Source: Anaerolineae bacterium (lineage in GTDB: Bacteria; Chloroflexota; Anaerolineae; Epilineales; JAHCIE01). From it: DNA of 64,000 nucleotides. Every line of letters begins with the position of its first letter. Position 1 is the first letter of the stretch. The stretch covers positions 475,666-539,665 of the forward strand of contig JAXLWL010000005.1 of assembly GCA_046328505.1 (NCBI GenBank), read 5' to 3'. The notes under the pieces are model-generated. The model did no database searches, was not told the origin of the DNA, and was given only the letters and a program-made list of their open reading frames with translations. Shown here piece after piece: positions 12,301 to 21,700 of the stretch. The translations under genes were made by a program, and so were the position numbers.

Positions 12301-15152
12301 TAGTAGGTCAGCCACAACGTCCGAATGTACACATCGGCCTGGTTGCCGTAGCGCCGGTCCAGCTCCCCGAGGGACTGGTTCATGGTCAGCGCCTTCCAGG
12401 CCATTTTCCCGTCAGAGCCTTTGACGTAGCGATACTGCTGAATCTGGACGCCTCGGGTGGTGAAGATGGAGTTGTAGCTCAGGTTGAAGCCGACGGAGGT
12501 CGTCGACGTGCTGTCCTGGACGACGATGCCCTGGTCCCCGCCGATGTCTTGCACACCGGTCTTCTCTTCGTAGGCGAGCGCCAGCGTCGGCGTGAGGGTG
12601 TGCTGGTAGTACTTGTCCAGGAACTGCACCGTCGTCGTCATGGTAGTCGAGGCGATGGCCTCGTCCTCGTGCTTGTAGGTCGAGGTCGTCAACTGGACTG
12701 GAGTCTGCACGCCCCACTTCTGCTCAGTCGGTGTGGACGGGTCCGTAAAGCGTTTCGCAATCGCCGGGATGTCCGGCTGGGCATTGAAGAGGAAAGCGGG
12801 CGCCATGCCGGAGACGAGGTTGAAGATATCGCGCGCCTCGTCGGGCGCTGTGCCGGTCGAAATCTCCGGCGCTGTCGGTACGCCGAACATCCCCACGGTC
12901 ACGTCTTCGCTCTCGGTGACGTTCAGCCCCGTCACCCGCATCTGGGGCTCGTAATACGACACAATCACCGAGTCGGTCACCTCGACCGTGTGCTGGAGGC
13001 ATGTCGAGCCGGCCTGCACCAGGCACTTCGACTGGTCGAGCTTGGCCTGCGCCATCCAGCCTAGCCGGACCTCGGTCAATTGCAGGGTCGACGCGAGCTC
13101 GGCGGGCATGAGGGCCAGGCGCCCGCTGAAGGCGGAGATGTTGCCGCCCGATTCTACCGTGTTGAGTGGAATCAACAGGCGGAAATACTGATTGTTGACA
13201 TTCTCGACGTTGATGCCGTACTGGGCGGCTAGCTTCGGGTTTACCGTGCTCTTCAGGTCGAGAACAGGAATCAGCTTGACGTCATCGGTAGAGTTGTCGA
13301 GGTCCTGAATCTGGGCTTTGTCGTCGTAGGGCCAATCGAGAACGCTTGTGGTATAGCGCAGGTGCGCGGTATTCTGCGGCTGGACCTGGACGTCGAGATA
13401 GACATACGAATTGCTATGCAGCGTATTGCCCGTGGGCTTTGTAATCGAGAAGCTGTAGTTTGCGCGATAGGGCATGACTTTGAACGGCGACAGATCGACG
13501 TCATCCGGGACGTTATCACCGTCGTTGTCGGTGTCCCAGGCGTTGGGAATGCCGTCGTTGTCGTAATCGAGCGTCGCCGGCTTGTTCTTGACCCAGTCGG
13601 GGTTCCACTCCATCGCGTCGTCCATACCATCGTGGTTCGAATCGCGCTGGAGCGGATCGGTCGTCCACGTCTTGCCGTTCAGCGTGAATCCCTTGACCTC
13701 GTCGCCGTCGCTGATGCCGTCACCATCCGTGTCCGCGTTGAGATAGTCGGTTCCCAGGCATCGCTCGACGCCATTCGTCAGGCCGTCGTGGTCCTCGTCA
13801 CCCGACGCCGAGACGCCCTGGGGCAGCGTGAGACAGTCGTTCATGCTCGCCGTCGCCGCCGGCCCGGTCTTTGCCATGTCGGCGCGCAGCGCGGCGATCC
13901 TATCTGGCTCGGCCGGCGATGGGGCAAGGCCAAGGCTGGCAACGGCCTGGGGCAGTGGCTCTTGCGCCGCGACGCGCGTCGCGTACCGCGACATCAAAAC
14001 GGCCTCGAGCAGGGGCGCGGCCAGAAGCGCTACGAGGATGTAGAGCACCAGGCCGGTGTAGACCCCGCGACGCCGGCGGTACCAAACGCTGAGGCCGGCC
14101 ATGCCAATCACCAGCACCCCGGCGAGGCACTTGAGCACAGTCGGCCAGGCCGCGGCTACCCGGCTGGTGATGGCCGAGATGAGCGGGGTGCTCGTTACGG
14201 CCGCCGTACGCGTATCCTGAGTCGCGGGCCCAGCCGCCACGGCTGGGTCCGGCGCGTCGGATTGCGCGCTCGCATACACGGTCCAGGCCCCGTCTGGCCC
14301 GCCCGGGCTTGGCGCTTCGATCGGCGCGACAGAGACGCCAAACTGGCTGTAGTCAATCAGCATGTGGATCTGGGCGTCGTTCGTGTCGCTCGCCGCCGGG
14401 AGACTCATGTCCACATCCATGCGCCGCGGCAGGCCGTCGCCGTCGATCCAAAGCTCACCCGCACCCGTCATGCGCTGGTACATCGGCGGCGCTTGCAGCT
14501 CTACGCCCGGCGGCAGGTCATCCGCCAGCAGCAATTGCAACTGATTCCTCAGATACTCCGCATAGCGAGGGCCGTCCAGCGTGAAACGATAGTGACGCGC
14601 GCCGCGCCCGTCATCGGCGCCGGCCGCCGTATCATTCACGGGCTGGACATCTTTCACGGCGGTGAGAAAGCTCAGGTAGTCGGCCACGGGCGCGGCGGCG
14701 CTGAGGGGGTTCTCCACCACGCGCCAGGCGCCGGCATGCCCGACGAAGGCGCGGTTGCCGACCACCAGCAACTCTATCGGCGCGCTTGCGCCGGCAGCAG
14801 TCCTTTGCGGGCCCTGCCCGAAGACTGGCTGGCCGGATGCGTCTCCGTCGCCGCCCAGACTCAAATTCAGCCGGGCGCGGTCGGGCACCTGCGCCTCGCC
14901 CTCGACGCGCAGAGTCGTGCGCGTGTCGCCCTTGCCGAGGTTTTCCGGCACGGCGCGAGGAATCAGCGTCTGCTGGATGTCGCCAGCGAGGTGATAGCTC
15001 CCGGCGGCGTGAGCGTTCGCAAGCGCATCGGCAATGACGTCGGTGGGCGCGGGCGAGGATGCGCGCCGCAAGCTGAGACCCATGGCCAGGACCAGGGCAA
15101 CCGGGACGAAGAGCAGAGCGACAACGACGAGACGACGTGTGCGGGTGTCCAT
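2802..15152 (-). CDS. Giant polytopic cell-envelope protein, copy 1 (4116 aa): signal anchor, conserved N-module, TM hairpin, TSP3-like Ca-binding repeats, large unknown domain, 4-TM cluster with GDWNP, TSP3-like repeats, Ig-like domains, FG-GAP beta-propeller, right-handed beta-helix repeats, conserved C-terminal about 1000 aa
   Basis: Single 12.35-kb ORF. N-terminus is MDTRTRRLVVVALLFVPVALVLAMG (signal anchor). A TM hairpin WPTVLKCLAGVLVIGMAGLSVWYRRRRGVYTGLVLYILVALLAAPLL lies at about nt 14000-14170. DTDGDGISDGDE, DYDNDGIPNAWDTDNDGDN and DTDGDGLSDGWE are thrombospondin-type-3-like repeats. The TM cluster (IAVGVAIIVAVVALVMVW ... LFVALITGDWNPL) lies at about nt 11585-12065. FG-GAP motifs are GDVNGDGLADLLVGDP and GDVNGDGYADMLIGAP. 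Beta-helix repeats are NRSIIRNAVTAITV and VRNTIFAYHTNTGIRY. It is paralogous to 15277..28796. Confidence 0.9.
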   Translation of the reverse strand: MDTRTRRLVVVALLFVPVALVLAMGLSLRRASSPAPTDVIADALANAHAAGSYHLAGDIQQTLIPRAVPENLGKGDTRTTLRVEGEAQVPDRARLNLSLGGDGDASGQPVFGQGPQRTAAGASAPIELLVVGNRAFVGHAGAWRVVENPLSAAAPVADYLSFLTAVKDVQPVNDTAAGADDGRGARHYRFTLDGPRYAEYLRNQLQLLLADDLPPGVELQAPPMYQRMTGAGELWIDGDGLPRRMDVDMSLPAASDTNDAQIHMLIDYSQFGVSVAPIEAPSPGGPDGAWTVYASAQSDAPDPAVAAGPATQDTRTAAVTSTPLISAITSRVAAAWPTVLKCLAGVLVIGMAGLSVWYRRRRGVYTGLVLYILVALLAAPLLEAVLMSRYATRVAAQEPLPQAVASLGLAPSPAEPDRIAALRADMAKTGPAATASMNDCLTLPQGVSASGDEDHDGLTNGVERCLGTDYLNADTDGDGISDGDEVKGFTLNGKTWTTDPLQRDSNHDGMDDAMEWNPDWVKNKPATLDYDNDGIPNAWDTDNDGDNVPDDVDLSPFKVMPYRANYSFSITKPTGNTLHSNSYVYLDVQVQPQNTAHLRYTTSVLDWPYDDKAQIQDLDNSTDDVKLIPVLDLKSTVNPKLAAQYGINVENVNNQYFRLLIPLNTVESGGNISAFSGRLALMPAELASTLQLTEVRLGWMAQAKLDQSKCLVQAGSTCLQHTVEVTDSVIVSYYEPQMRVTGLNVTESEDVTVGMFGVPTAPEISTGTAPDEARDIFNLVSGMAPAFLFNAQPDIPAIAKRFTDPSTPTEQKWGVQTPVQLTTSTYKHEDEAIASTTMTTTVQFLDKYYQHTLTPTLALAYEEKTGVQDIGGDQGIVVQDSTSTTSVGFNLSYNSIFTTRGVQIQQYRYVKGSDGKMAWKALTMNQSLGELDRRYGNQADVYIRTLWLTYYGGQVNYVAVNGQTLVGPKADDAALYARFSQPSQPKLPGYVQAAYHLNDLATTIALDGAVAGWREWAASQFNQATPTSQGIATFIAAAGAVFIQVLPVIRLVGQGIKWGVRVAYGAIKEALRLSDAATGVTRAAEAAASGSKSLGKIAVGVAIIVAVVALVMVWSSFHGYSDSVSHLQTDMELASAIASTIVIVFTLVLSLVLVAVASTEIGILVEIIVAVLTYLFVALITGDWNPLNTFSHIVDWLANYILKVAFYAELDENHPVDSSDLTLTLADDNLGTVVNNRVTFQTHLTTTIVVGPGESHWNWAHSRSGKVDDVKQSSAFTRWASSDSTPTTQNGTCWMSGSVKHCPSTITTSFTPAQAVRNAAIHVTSIIDYSLRYQKCWKVPLARTCSADTAKGSGPTTDDKDAWNDATSPIYLDVLPNTVDNLWSWNQVTNRDKDGDGIADSQEASIGTSASAWDTDGDGLSDGWEWQNAAALGTNPAKKDTDGDGLTDAEEYRLGTSINVADTDGDGLKDGDEVCHVDSTGKLVGGWDVKFASGSVVHVCSNPLDPDSDHDGLTDLQEKSIGLSPWAPNTAVRLDLSTGPQVSHGGSSITLVKPDASVTGAFTVTNTTATTITSTMQLCLSSTAFSFPAVTSGGTYVPPFPTGSTQDGNNCMNWNFSPRPFTPGNTVWVTFSARALSASQSLETTINVSLPYKDPTDGSAKTATQAATVKIDVDSPQTTIAAPESGKAINGTAYVVGGTAKDSTSWVNSVQVSADNWATSKTANGSDNWTWTWSALPSDGVYTLRARSTDAVGRVSPDASSQVIVDTKAPAAAITSVQDGQVLTGLTPDSTGGATVTLSGTATDLILSGISQVAGVDVVQLSIDNRPWQSVWQNTQASNPSSTSWSYPWKLNANASGAHTLAVRAIDALGQVGNAQTISVVVDVVAPADVITNYVTTVKSGQAITIQGHADDLANVPLAPRPVPLQGTRDSVISATVLLEPAQIGDLRNATVTWLGDVDGDNRADAAIGMPAYNGGTGRVLILKGRAGGWPVPPATEALNASDSSLVAAGASALGAHVAPAGDVNGDGLADLLVGDPTNDVVYVVFGRIGPMGADWDLTQLRNSNQSARGVILTSTGRTIGAWVASAGDVNGDGYADMLIGAPGSAGQAGHAYLVLGRKNFSSRTVDVTKDAGAVLPLDPNGAMAMGVGDTNGDGLDDFIVADPNNSFHGSSAALYLFLGSPSFQKASSTHAQQSLAPLTDRAGTFTGPTPVGASFAALGDVNGDKLADFAFVSAGLAHLVFGRTKHDWPQGYAGDRIFSGYTMGATGYVAAPGDVAGPNAAAPDGLNDLVIVKGDGAAYLFMGSTNLPTTPSPAATLTKVASVASTPFAAGADLNCDRSSDLLVVPQDAAAGSLARTELSYGPVPHVSEASLPVGTTSGDSGAARLLASKALTAAATVHVSPSYCSSCANDGYVWGTTAFSGIQAAINAGAQRIMVGPGVYREALTLRTGVQVIGSGADATIVQSPSSTVTKLVTISGASNASLSRLTVDAGGTATGIFINGGGKGVQVNRSIIRNAVTAITVADSATQAEVVNNTIIGGGTGLDVTCSTVAVRNTIFAYHTNTGIRYVTQGCPAGSAPSITYDLFWANAADLVVDGNARDAATPGAVFGDPLFTNPSVNDYRPLSDSPVIGAGDPADPVPPGSGTRVDIGYVQQVQASFFADDGYCQTCVNDGLTWQVDAFTRIQDAVNAASQFVKAVSASGTLPTDQATGAVVTVGVGPGAYSERLTIPSHVRLIGSGAEQTTINGSSATPVIVSGATQVEVSGFTLTGAGSQPGVSVVNASSFITVTRNVVRSTGGISFGTSSSGLVLNNTIVSNTGTGVSSTGAGTWVEVRDNILANNTAGLSTASGGQILNDYNLLNANTVNYQVGAGTTLVQGANDIVNRDPLFVDAGHADYRLQSKSPAVDTADPLADVPVGGGSRMDMGYREVVAVPLTLLLGTAGTSCAMAVSGIGKVEVGLSFVTDATLPITATVPSAWLPATLKTASQAGSYWTASVTPNSGDGMYRVYARATDRAGNMVEGAAGSDMDTSAAKGAANSGSTVGSAWYRDSFVVDTTPPELDFKSPSDGATTGDPVLELVVHAKDTVKVGSKTQSNLDTVYLEIDGTVVTADQVGGGIVYRAPAPVGDGAHTIVAVARDRAGNETRSVPRTVTALAKHDSAMVSLPVDESAVMTTVVPVQGYGRFVGTPPYHVALYVDGAAAGTAQLADPQASFSSWSGTVTLAGEGTHRIAAEPGDQKPSGSDGVNVVLDLTPPSLQVTAPAEAAVVNEPFTLSGSADDSGSGLVAVDVSLNGGYVWTPATLTKNRWEILLPAPADNDYVTYPVLVRARDQAGNETSATRLIVVDTWGPTPFESVTATPAQESHLAAPAQVQLEWAPPRDASGVVKTFVTVDTISDTVPSTTGTPLSGPSYTAQFTQAGTFYIHLAAQDGVGNLTVRHFGPWFVGARLASAPGPQWQSSIQVDGQLDVAGGEWDTATEQLDRDPRIAPTQELWASFDGSAMYLGWRGANWASLGRGYIYLDTGGGGTSSLWQPADETPLPTRYQLPFDADTLVVLETDGARVLRYDGASWQPLDAADVAVATDGQGDTELRLPWSALQTSVGAADVRLLAFSLASDKEHVRSVFPTSNSLLGAWSDAYHWAALSPSAVPNANQPHGHHVEMTVTSEPPTTTLAGPAQTIQYVVRVANRDPEVHENAHLVLTTTDGLQLVGLQGYPTPPSGQVWNIELGALPSGALAPITVTARLDNDLAATTAVTLTAFLQTGLLASEPTLTVARLTHTVDGRRAQAQIDLAGQGATLPSGRQVIRGTASAGPSGVGKVEVRLGDGAWQTAEGTTAWQAEVDIPLAGTVMVAARASDAFDLVGDVTTRTVTVDDVPPVASATAPENLVRREVVAQLYGTARDPFPTGGSISRVETQADDSPWRAAEIVGQPSADGTVTWRQSWTLPNEEGVEHQVRVRAVDAAGNIGQPSEPIKVTVDNVRPQSSIVSPQPGATLPLPDQNVLPGEMLAWGYALDGWGVTAVEVSVDGGQAWHQAEIGQAAAELLGRYGKAAQAGATEELWAIVLPTPVGDVMVNSRAIDRAGNVEGMKAPVRVTQTHEPPIHLWLPAIVRIE

Positions 15153-15193
15153 GGAACGGCCTCCCCCCTCTTCAGCGCAACGCTTGATGCCAG

Positions 15194-15226
15194 CGGGGGC
15201 GCCGCGTGTGCAGCGCGACGCCCCCG
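15194..15226 (-). terminator. Interrupted 12-bp GC-rich hairpin in the 124-nt spacer between the tandem giant genes (terminator/attenuator candidate for copy 2)
   Basis: cgggggcg/cgcccccg outer stem with cgcg/cgcg inner stem and a 7-nt loop, read from the sequence. There is no U-tract. Confidence 0.3.
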
Positions 15227-15276
15227 TGCAGGTTGTCTATGGCGAATGGTGACGATCGCTTCGGACGATCTGTCCG

Positions 15277-15775
15277 CTACTGCTCAAAGATGATGAGGGG
15301 GAGCCAGAGGCGCATCGGCGGCTCGTGGGTCTGCGTCACCCGCACTGGCGCCTTCATGCCCTCGACGTTCCCTGCCCGGTCGATCGCCCGGCTGTTCACC
15401 ATCACGTCCCCCACCGGCGTCGGCAGCACGATTGCCCATAGCTGGGCCGCGGTTCCGGCTTGAGCAGCCTTCCCGTAGTGGCCCAGCAGCTCTGCCGCCG
15501 CCTGCCCTATCTCCGCCCGGTGCCACGCCTGGCCGCCATCGACGCTGACTTCGACAGCGGTGACGCCCCAGCCGTCGAGGGCGTAGCCCCACGCCAGCAT
15601 CTCACCCGGCAGGACGTTCTGGTCGGGCAGGGGGAGTGTCGCGCCGGGCTGCGGCGAGACGATGCTGGACTGCGGCCTGACGTTGTCGACGGTGACCTTG
15701 ATCGGCTCGCTGGGCTGGCCGACATTGCCGGCGGCGTCGACGGCGCGCACGCGCACGTCGTGGGACACGCCTTCT
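15277..15775 (-). repeat. 3'-terminal about 500-bp tract nearly identical to 2802..3300 (copy B)
   Basis: See the 2802..3300 repeat feature. Confidence 0.7.
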
Positions 15776-18700
15776 TCCTTCGGGATGGTCCATGTTTGCT
15801 GCCAGGTGACGGTTCCGTCGGCGGCCGGCTGGCCGACGATCTCGGCCATTCGCCACGGGTTGCCGTCGACCTGGGTCTCGACGCGGCTGATGCTCCCACC
15901 GCTTGGGAACAGGTCGCGGGCCGTGCCCCGGAGCGAGCCGGCCACTCCGTAGACAATGGAGCTGTCCGGCGGGCTCACGCTGGCGATCGGCGGCACGTTA
16001 TCGACGGTGATCGTCCGCGTTGTCGCATCGCCGACCAAACCGGCCGCGTCACTCGCTCGCGCCGCGACAACGAGGGTGCCGGTGAGCGGGATATCGACCT
16101 CGGCCTGCCATGCGTTGGCGCCTTGCGCCGTCTGCCAGGCTCCGTCGCCGAGGCGAACCTCGACCTTGCCGACACCGCTCGGCCCGGCGGTCGCTGTGCC
16201 GCGGATGATCTGGCGGCCGGCTGGCAGGGTCGCGCCCTGGGCTGCCAGATCGATCTGGACTTGAGCGCGCTGTGCGTCCACGGTGTGGGCTACACGCGCC
16301 GCGGTCAGGGTCGGCTCACTTGCCAGCAGCCCGGTCTCGAGGAGAGCCGTCATGGTCACCGCCGTTGTCGCTGCCAGATCGTTGCCGAGGCGGGCGGTGA
16401 CCGTGATGGGCGCGAGCGCGCCGCTGGCGAGACTTCCCAGGTCGATATTCCAGCGTTGTCCGCCGGGTGGGGTCGGGTAGCCCTGCAGGCCGACGAGCTG
16501 CAAGCCATCAGTCGTCGCCAGTACGAGGTGGGCGTTCGGGCGCGGCTCCAGGTCGCGGTTGGTCACCCGAACCACGTATTGGATGGACTGCCCTGGGCCA
16601 ACCGGTGCGGACGTCGGCGGCTGGCTGCTAACCGTCATCTCGACATGGTGGCCGTGGGGCTGGTCGGCATTCGGAACGGTGCTCGGCGAGATCCCGGCCC
16701 AGTGGTAGGCGTCGCTCCACGCGCCCAACAGCGAGTTGGAGGTCGGGAAGACGGTGCGTGGCAGCGTCTCGTCGCGCCCGAGGCTGAAGGCCAGGGCTCG
16801 CACGTCGCCTGCCCCGACGCTCGTCTGTAGCGTCGACCACGGCAGCCTTATCTCGCTATCCCCCGTGGCGCCCAACGCGATCGAGACCTCTGGCGCCTGG
16901 AGTGGTTGCCAGCTTGACCCGTCGAAGCGTAGCACCCGCGAGCCGGCCGTATCGAGCACCACGAGCGTGTCTGCGTCGAACGGCAGCTGATAGCTCGGCG
17001 GGAGCGGCGTCTCGCCCTCCGGTACCCATGGGCTGCGCGTCCCACCGGCCACCGTATCCAGGTAGATGTAGCCGCGGCCGACGCTCGGCCAGTTGGCGCC
17101 GCGGCTGCCGAGGTACATCGCGCTCCCGTCGAAGCTGGCCCACATCTCATGGGCCGGCGAAATGCGCGGGTCGCGGTCGAGTTGCTCAGTGGCAGGATCC
17201 CACTCGCCGCCGGCCACGTCAAGGCGGCCGTCCACCTGGATGGAGGACTGCCACTGCGGACCGGGCGCGCTGGCGAGGCGGGCGCCGACGAACCAGGGGC
17301 CGAAGTGGCGGACGGTGAGGTTGCCGGCGGCGTCCTGGGCGGCGAGGTGAATGTAGAAGTTACCGGCCTGCGAGAGCTGAGCGGTGTAGCTCGTGCCGCT
17401 GAGCGGCGTCCCTGTGGTCGACGGCACGGTGTTGCTGATGGTGTCGGCCGAGGCGAACGTCCTCACCGTGCCGCTTCCGTCATCGAGCGGCTGCCAGGCG
17501 AGCGTGACCGACGCCGGCGCCGTCAGGTGGCTGCCCTCGATGGGGCTGGCCGTCGTCAGGCGGAAGGGAGTCGGCCCGAGGTTATCCACCACGAACGTGG
17601 CCGACTGCGTCCCAATGTTGCCCGCCTTGTCGATGCCACGGACGCGCAGGGGGAACGTCGCGTAGTCGGTCTGCGAGGGGGCGGCCCAGGCGTATGTCCA
17701 CGCCGTGCCGTTGACCGTCGCCGGCGACCAGGTGTAGCCGCCGTCCACGCTCACCTCAACGGCGTTCAGGCCGCTTCCGCCGTCACTCGCCGTGCCCTGG
17801 AAGGTCACGGAGTTGATCACTGTGCTGCTCGGCGCCTGCACTGTGACGGCCGGCGCGGTCGAGTCCTTGGTCAGCGAGAACGTCGTCGTGTATGGCGTGC
17901 TCGCGCCGGTGGTGCGGCTGGCGCCGATGGCGAGGGTGTGCGCGCCCTCGGCACTGAGGGTCACGTTCGCCGTCCAGCGCGTGGCTTGCGCGGTCGAGTC
18001 GTCTAGCGTGGCAATGACCGGTGTCGTGCTATTATCGACCTTCACTTTGACCTGGCCGTTGCCACTCGTGTCTTTGAAGTGGACGTAGCCCTGGAGCGGC
18101 AACGTGGTGGAGATGACCGCGCTGCTCGGCGCCGGTGTCGTCAGATCCGCCTCGTTGCGGGTCGTCGAGACCGTGATCTGCGAGGTCGCGCTCTGCCCGA
18201 CGTTGCCGGCCTTGTCAACCGCCTTCGCCGTGATGCTATGGCTGCCGTCCCGCAGCGCGGTCACCGCGCGGTAGCGCTGGTTGCCGGTCGCTGCGCCGGC
18301 GGTGAGCTGCCGCGCCGCGATTTGCGTGCCGTCGACCTCGAAGTACACGCGCGCGACGTTGTACTGCGTGCCGGCGCCGGTCGCGACGTAGTCGCTGACG
18401 TCGGTCTCCATCGCCACGGCCGCCGCCGATGTCGCCAGGCCGTTGGTCGGCGTGATGATGGACACCGTCGGTGCGGTCTTGTCTGCGATGAAAGACGCGC
18501 GGTAGACACGCGAGTCGGTTACGTCGAGCGTGTTCCCCGCCATGTCCGTGGGTCGGGTGTAGAGACGGTACAGACCGTCCGACTGATAGATGCCGCCGCC
18601 CGTCGCGAGGTTGATGGGCAGTGTCCAGTACGAGCCTGCCTGCCCACGCGTCGTCAGCGTCGCCGCGGTCCACGTTGTCGGCAGGGTGTTCTCGGGCGAG

Positions 18701-21700
18701 ACAGAGGCATCCGGTACGTAGCTCACACCGACCTCGACCGAACTGACGCCCGCGTTGCCGGCGCCGCAGGTCGTTCCCTGCTTGCCGAACATCAGCGTCA
18801 CGGGCGTCGCCAGCAATTCCTTGTAGCCCAGGTCGGCGCGGTCGCCACCGCCCAGGGGCACCGGCTGCCAGTCAGTGGCTGGCACCGCATTCACCGCCGG
18901 CGACGTTGCTTGCAGTGTATAGTCCGCCGGATCCCAGGGGTTGGGATCGAAGAACTGTGGGTCCTGGTTGGCGATGTCGGTCGGGTCGAGCGTGACGGTG
19001 CCGCTGGTGTTGCCGCCGCTATTCTGGTAGAACAGGTTGTAGCCGTCCTGGAACAGGCCCACGCTGTTGTTGTTCGCACCCTTGCCGCCGTTGTAGGCGA
19101 AGATGTTGAAGCGGGCGTTGACCCAGGTGTGGCTGTCGGCCAGGGTGAGACCGTCGCCGGTGTTGTTGGCTACGGTGTTGAAGCCGAAGACGCCGCTGGA
19201 GGCGTTGCGGAAGATGGCGCCGCCGCCGGCGTTGAGCTGCATGATATTGTGGGTGACGGTGATGGTGTTCGACGCGCCCGAGACGACGATACCCGCGTTC
19301 GACGCGTCGCTGTTCTGGAGACCGAAGCCGGTGACCTCGACGTGGGTGACACCGTTGAGCGTTACAGGCGCGCCTGTCCCGTCCGCGTCGATGATCGTCT
19401 GCTCCGCGCCGCTACCAACGAGGCGGACGCCGCTCTTGGGCGCGACGCGCTCGGTGTAGTAACCCGGCGCGACGCCGACCGTCCACTCTCCGGCGATGGG
19501 TGGCACGTGGCTGATGCCGTCCTTGATGGTGTTGAAGGCATTGACCTGCCACTGCAAGCCGTCGTTGATGCACTGGGCGCAGTAGTCGGGCGAGACGTAC
19601 ACGGCCGCGGAGGAGGACTGGGCATAGCCGATGTCTACTCTACCACCGGTGCCGGGCGGGGTTGGATCACGCGGATCGCCCGCGCGGACGACCGGCGACC
19701 CGTCCTGGGGCCGGAAGTCCTGCGCGTCGGGGTCGATGAAGCGCGGGTCGGCGAAGACCTCGCCCGGACCGGGCTGGTCCACGTTATTGCCATTGATGCT
19801 CAGGTCGTGCCCATTGCGCCAGAAGTCGTTGTAGGTGTGCAGGTAGGTCGTGGCGCAGTTCTGGTAGTAGCTCAGGGCTGTCCCAGTGTGGTAGGCGAAG
19901 ATGGTGTTGCGCACGTCCACGTTGCCGCAGCTCGCCGCCGCCACGCCGTTGGTGTTGTTGGTCAGGGTGTTGTTGACGAGCAGCGCCTCGGCTGAGGTCG
20001 CGCCTGTGCCTGACCCGGTCACCTTCACGGCGTAAGGCGTGTTGCGGATGACGGAGCGCGTCACCGAAATGAAGCCGCCCGCGTCCACGTGGAGTCCGTC
20101 GTCGTGGTCCTCACCCGTTATGGTCAGCAGGGCCACGCCGGCGTCCTTGACGCCTTCGGCGCCAATCAGGAAGCTGGAGGTCGCATTTGGCGGCGCGATC
20201 ACCGTCAGCGCGGCCCCCGTCCCGAACAGGTCGACACCGTTGACGAGGTAGATGCGCTGGCGGAAGAGCCCAGGCTCGATCAGGACGCGCTGCGCGCCGC
20301 TGTTGATACCCGCCTGGATGTCGTTGAACGCGTCGACACCCCAGGTATGGCCGTTGTTGCTGCACTTCTCACAGTACGTCGGGTTGACGTAGACCGGCGC
20401 GTGATAGGTGTAGTAGCCGAGGTCGGTCTGGTCGGCGGCCTTCCCGCGCGCCAGCGAGGTGGACAGCAGACGGAAGACCTGCTTAGGCTGGTCGCGGAAG
20501 GCGGCCTGCGTTAGCGCCATCTGGGTCATCGACGTGCCGGTCGGAGGCTTCGCCGAGTTCCAGTCGGCATTGGTGCCGGTCTGGCCCGCAAAGCCGTTGT
20601 TCGTATTCAGCAGCGAGAGGGAGATGCTGTTGTTGTTCTGGAGCCACTGCGGCAGCGGCGCTGCGTTGGGCAGGGCCACGAACAGGTTGTCGCGCAAGTA
20701 GAGGGCGTTGGTGATAGCGCCCGTGTTCTGGATCAGCACGATGCCGGAGCTATTGGCGACCAGAGTGTTGTGCCGCAGCTCGACGCCGGAGGTGTTGACT
20801 GCCACGGCCTTGCTGCTGGCCTTGTCCTGATAGAACAGGACGTTGCGGACGCGAATGTTGTTCTGGTCGGCTAGGTCGGTCGAGCCGGCCGTGCCGCCGT
20901 AGTTGACCTCGATGCTCGTGACGGCGTTGCGGATGGTCAGGTTCTCGATCACGACGCCCTTGAGGCCGCCTGCCGTTGGCGAGTACTCGGAGGCCGGGAG
21001 GACCTGAATACCGGTGCCGCCGCCCGCGTCGATGAACACCGCGTCGGGGTCCACGCCGTGGAGGGTGATGAAGTTCTTGCCGGCGTGGAAGACGGCCTTG
21101 TCGTACGTGCCGGGGCCGACGATGATAGTGTCGCCCGGCGCGCTTGCGCTCGTCCCGCCCGTCGCCGCGTCTAGAGCCGCCTGAATGGTGCTAAAGGCCG
21201 TCGTGCCCCAGGCATGGCCGTCGTTGGCGCAAGATGCGCAGTAGTCGTCGTCGACGTAGCGAGTCTGGGCGGCCGTCATGACCTGGCCCGGCTCGGCCAT
21301 CGCTTTGGAGCTCAGCGCCTCGGCGTCGATGACACTGGCGAAGGCCGACGGAGCGGCCAGCCCATCGCCATTCTGCATGAAGACCGGTAGCTCATTCAGC
21401 GGCCGCGGCGCGGTTGATGGGCCGAGGTCTAGCTCGCGCCGCACGGCGCGCTTGTACTCGGCCGTCTCCTTGGCGCTGGCCGTCATTTGCGTTCCGAAGG
21501 GGACGAGCAGTAGATCGGATGATTTGTCGCAGTTTACATCTGCGGCCGCGGCGTAGGGCGCCGAGGCGGCCGCCCCAACATCGGAGAACTGGGCCTGGAT
21601 AGGATGGTTGGTAGCCAAGTCCGCCGCGCCTCGGACGAGGTACGCGCGCCCGCTCACGGTGCCGAGCATAATGTCGCTCTTGCCGTCGCTGTTCACGTCC

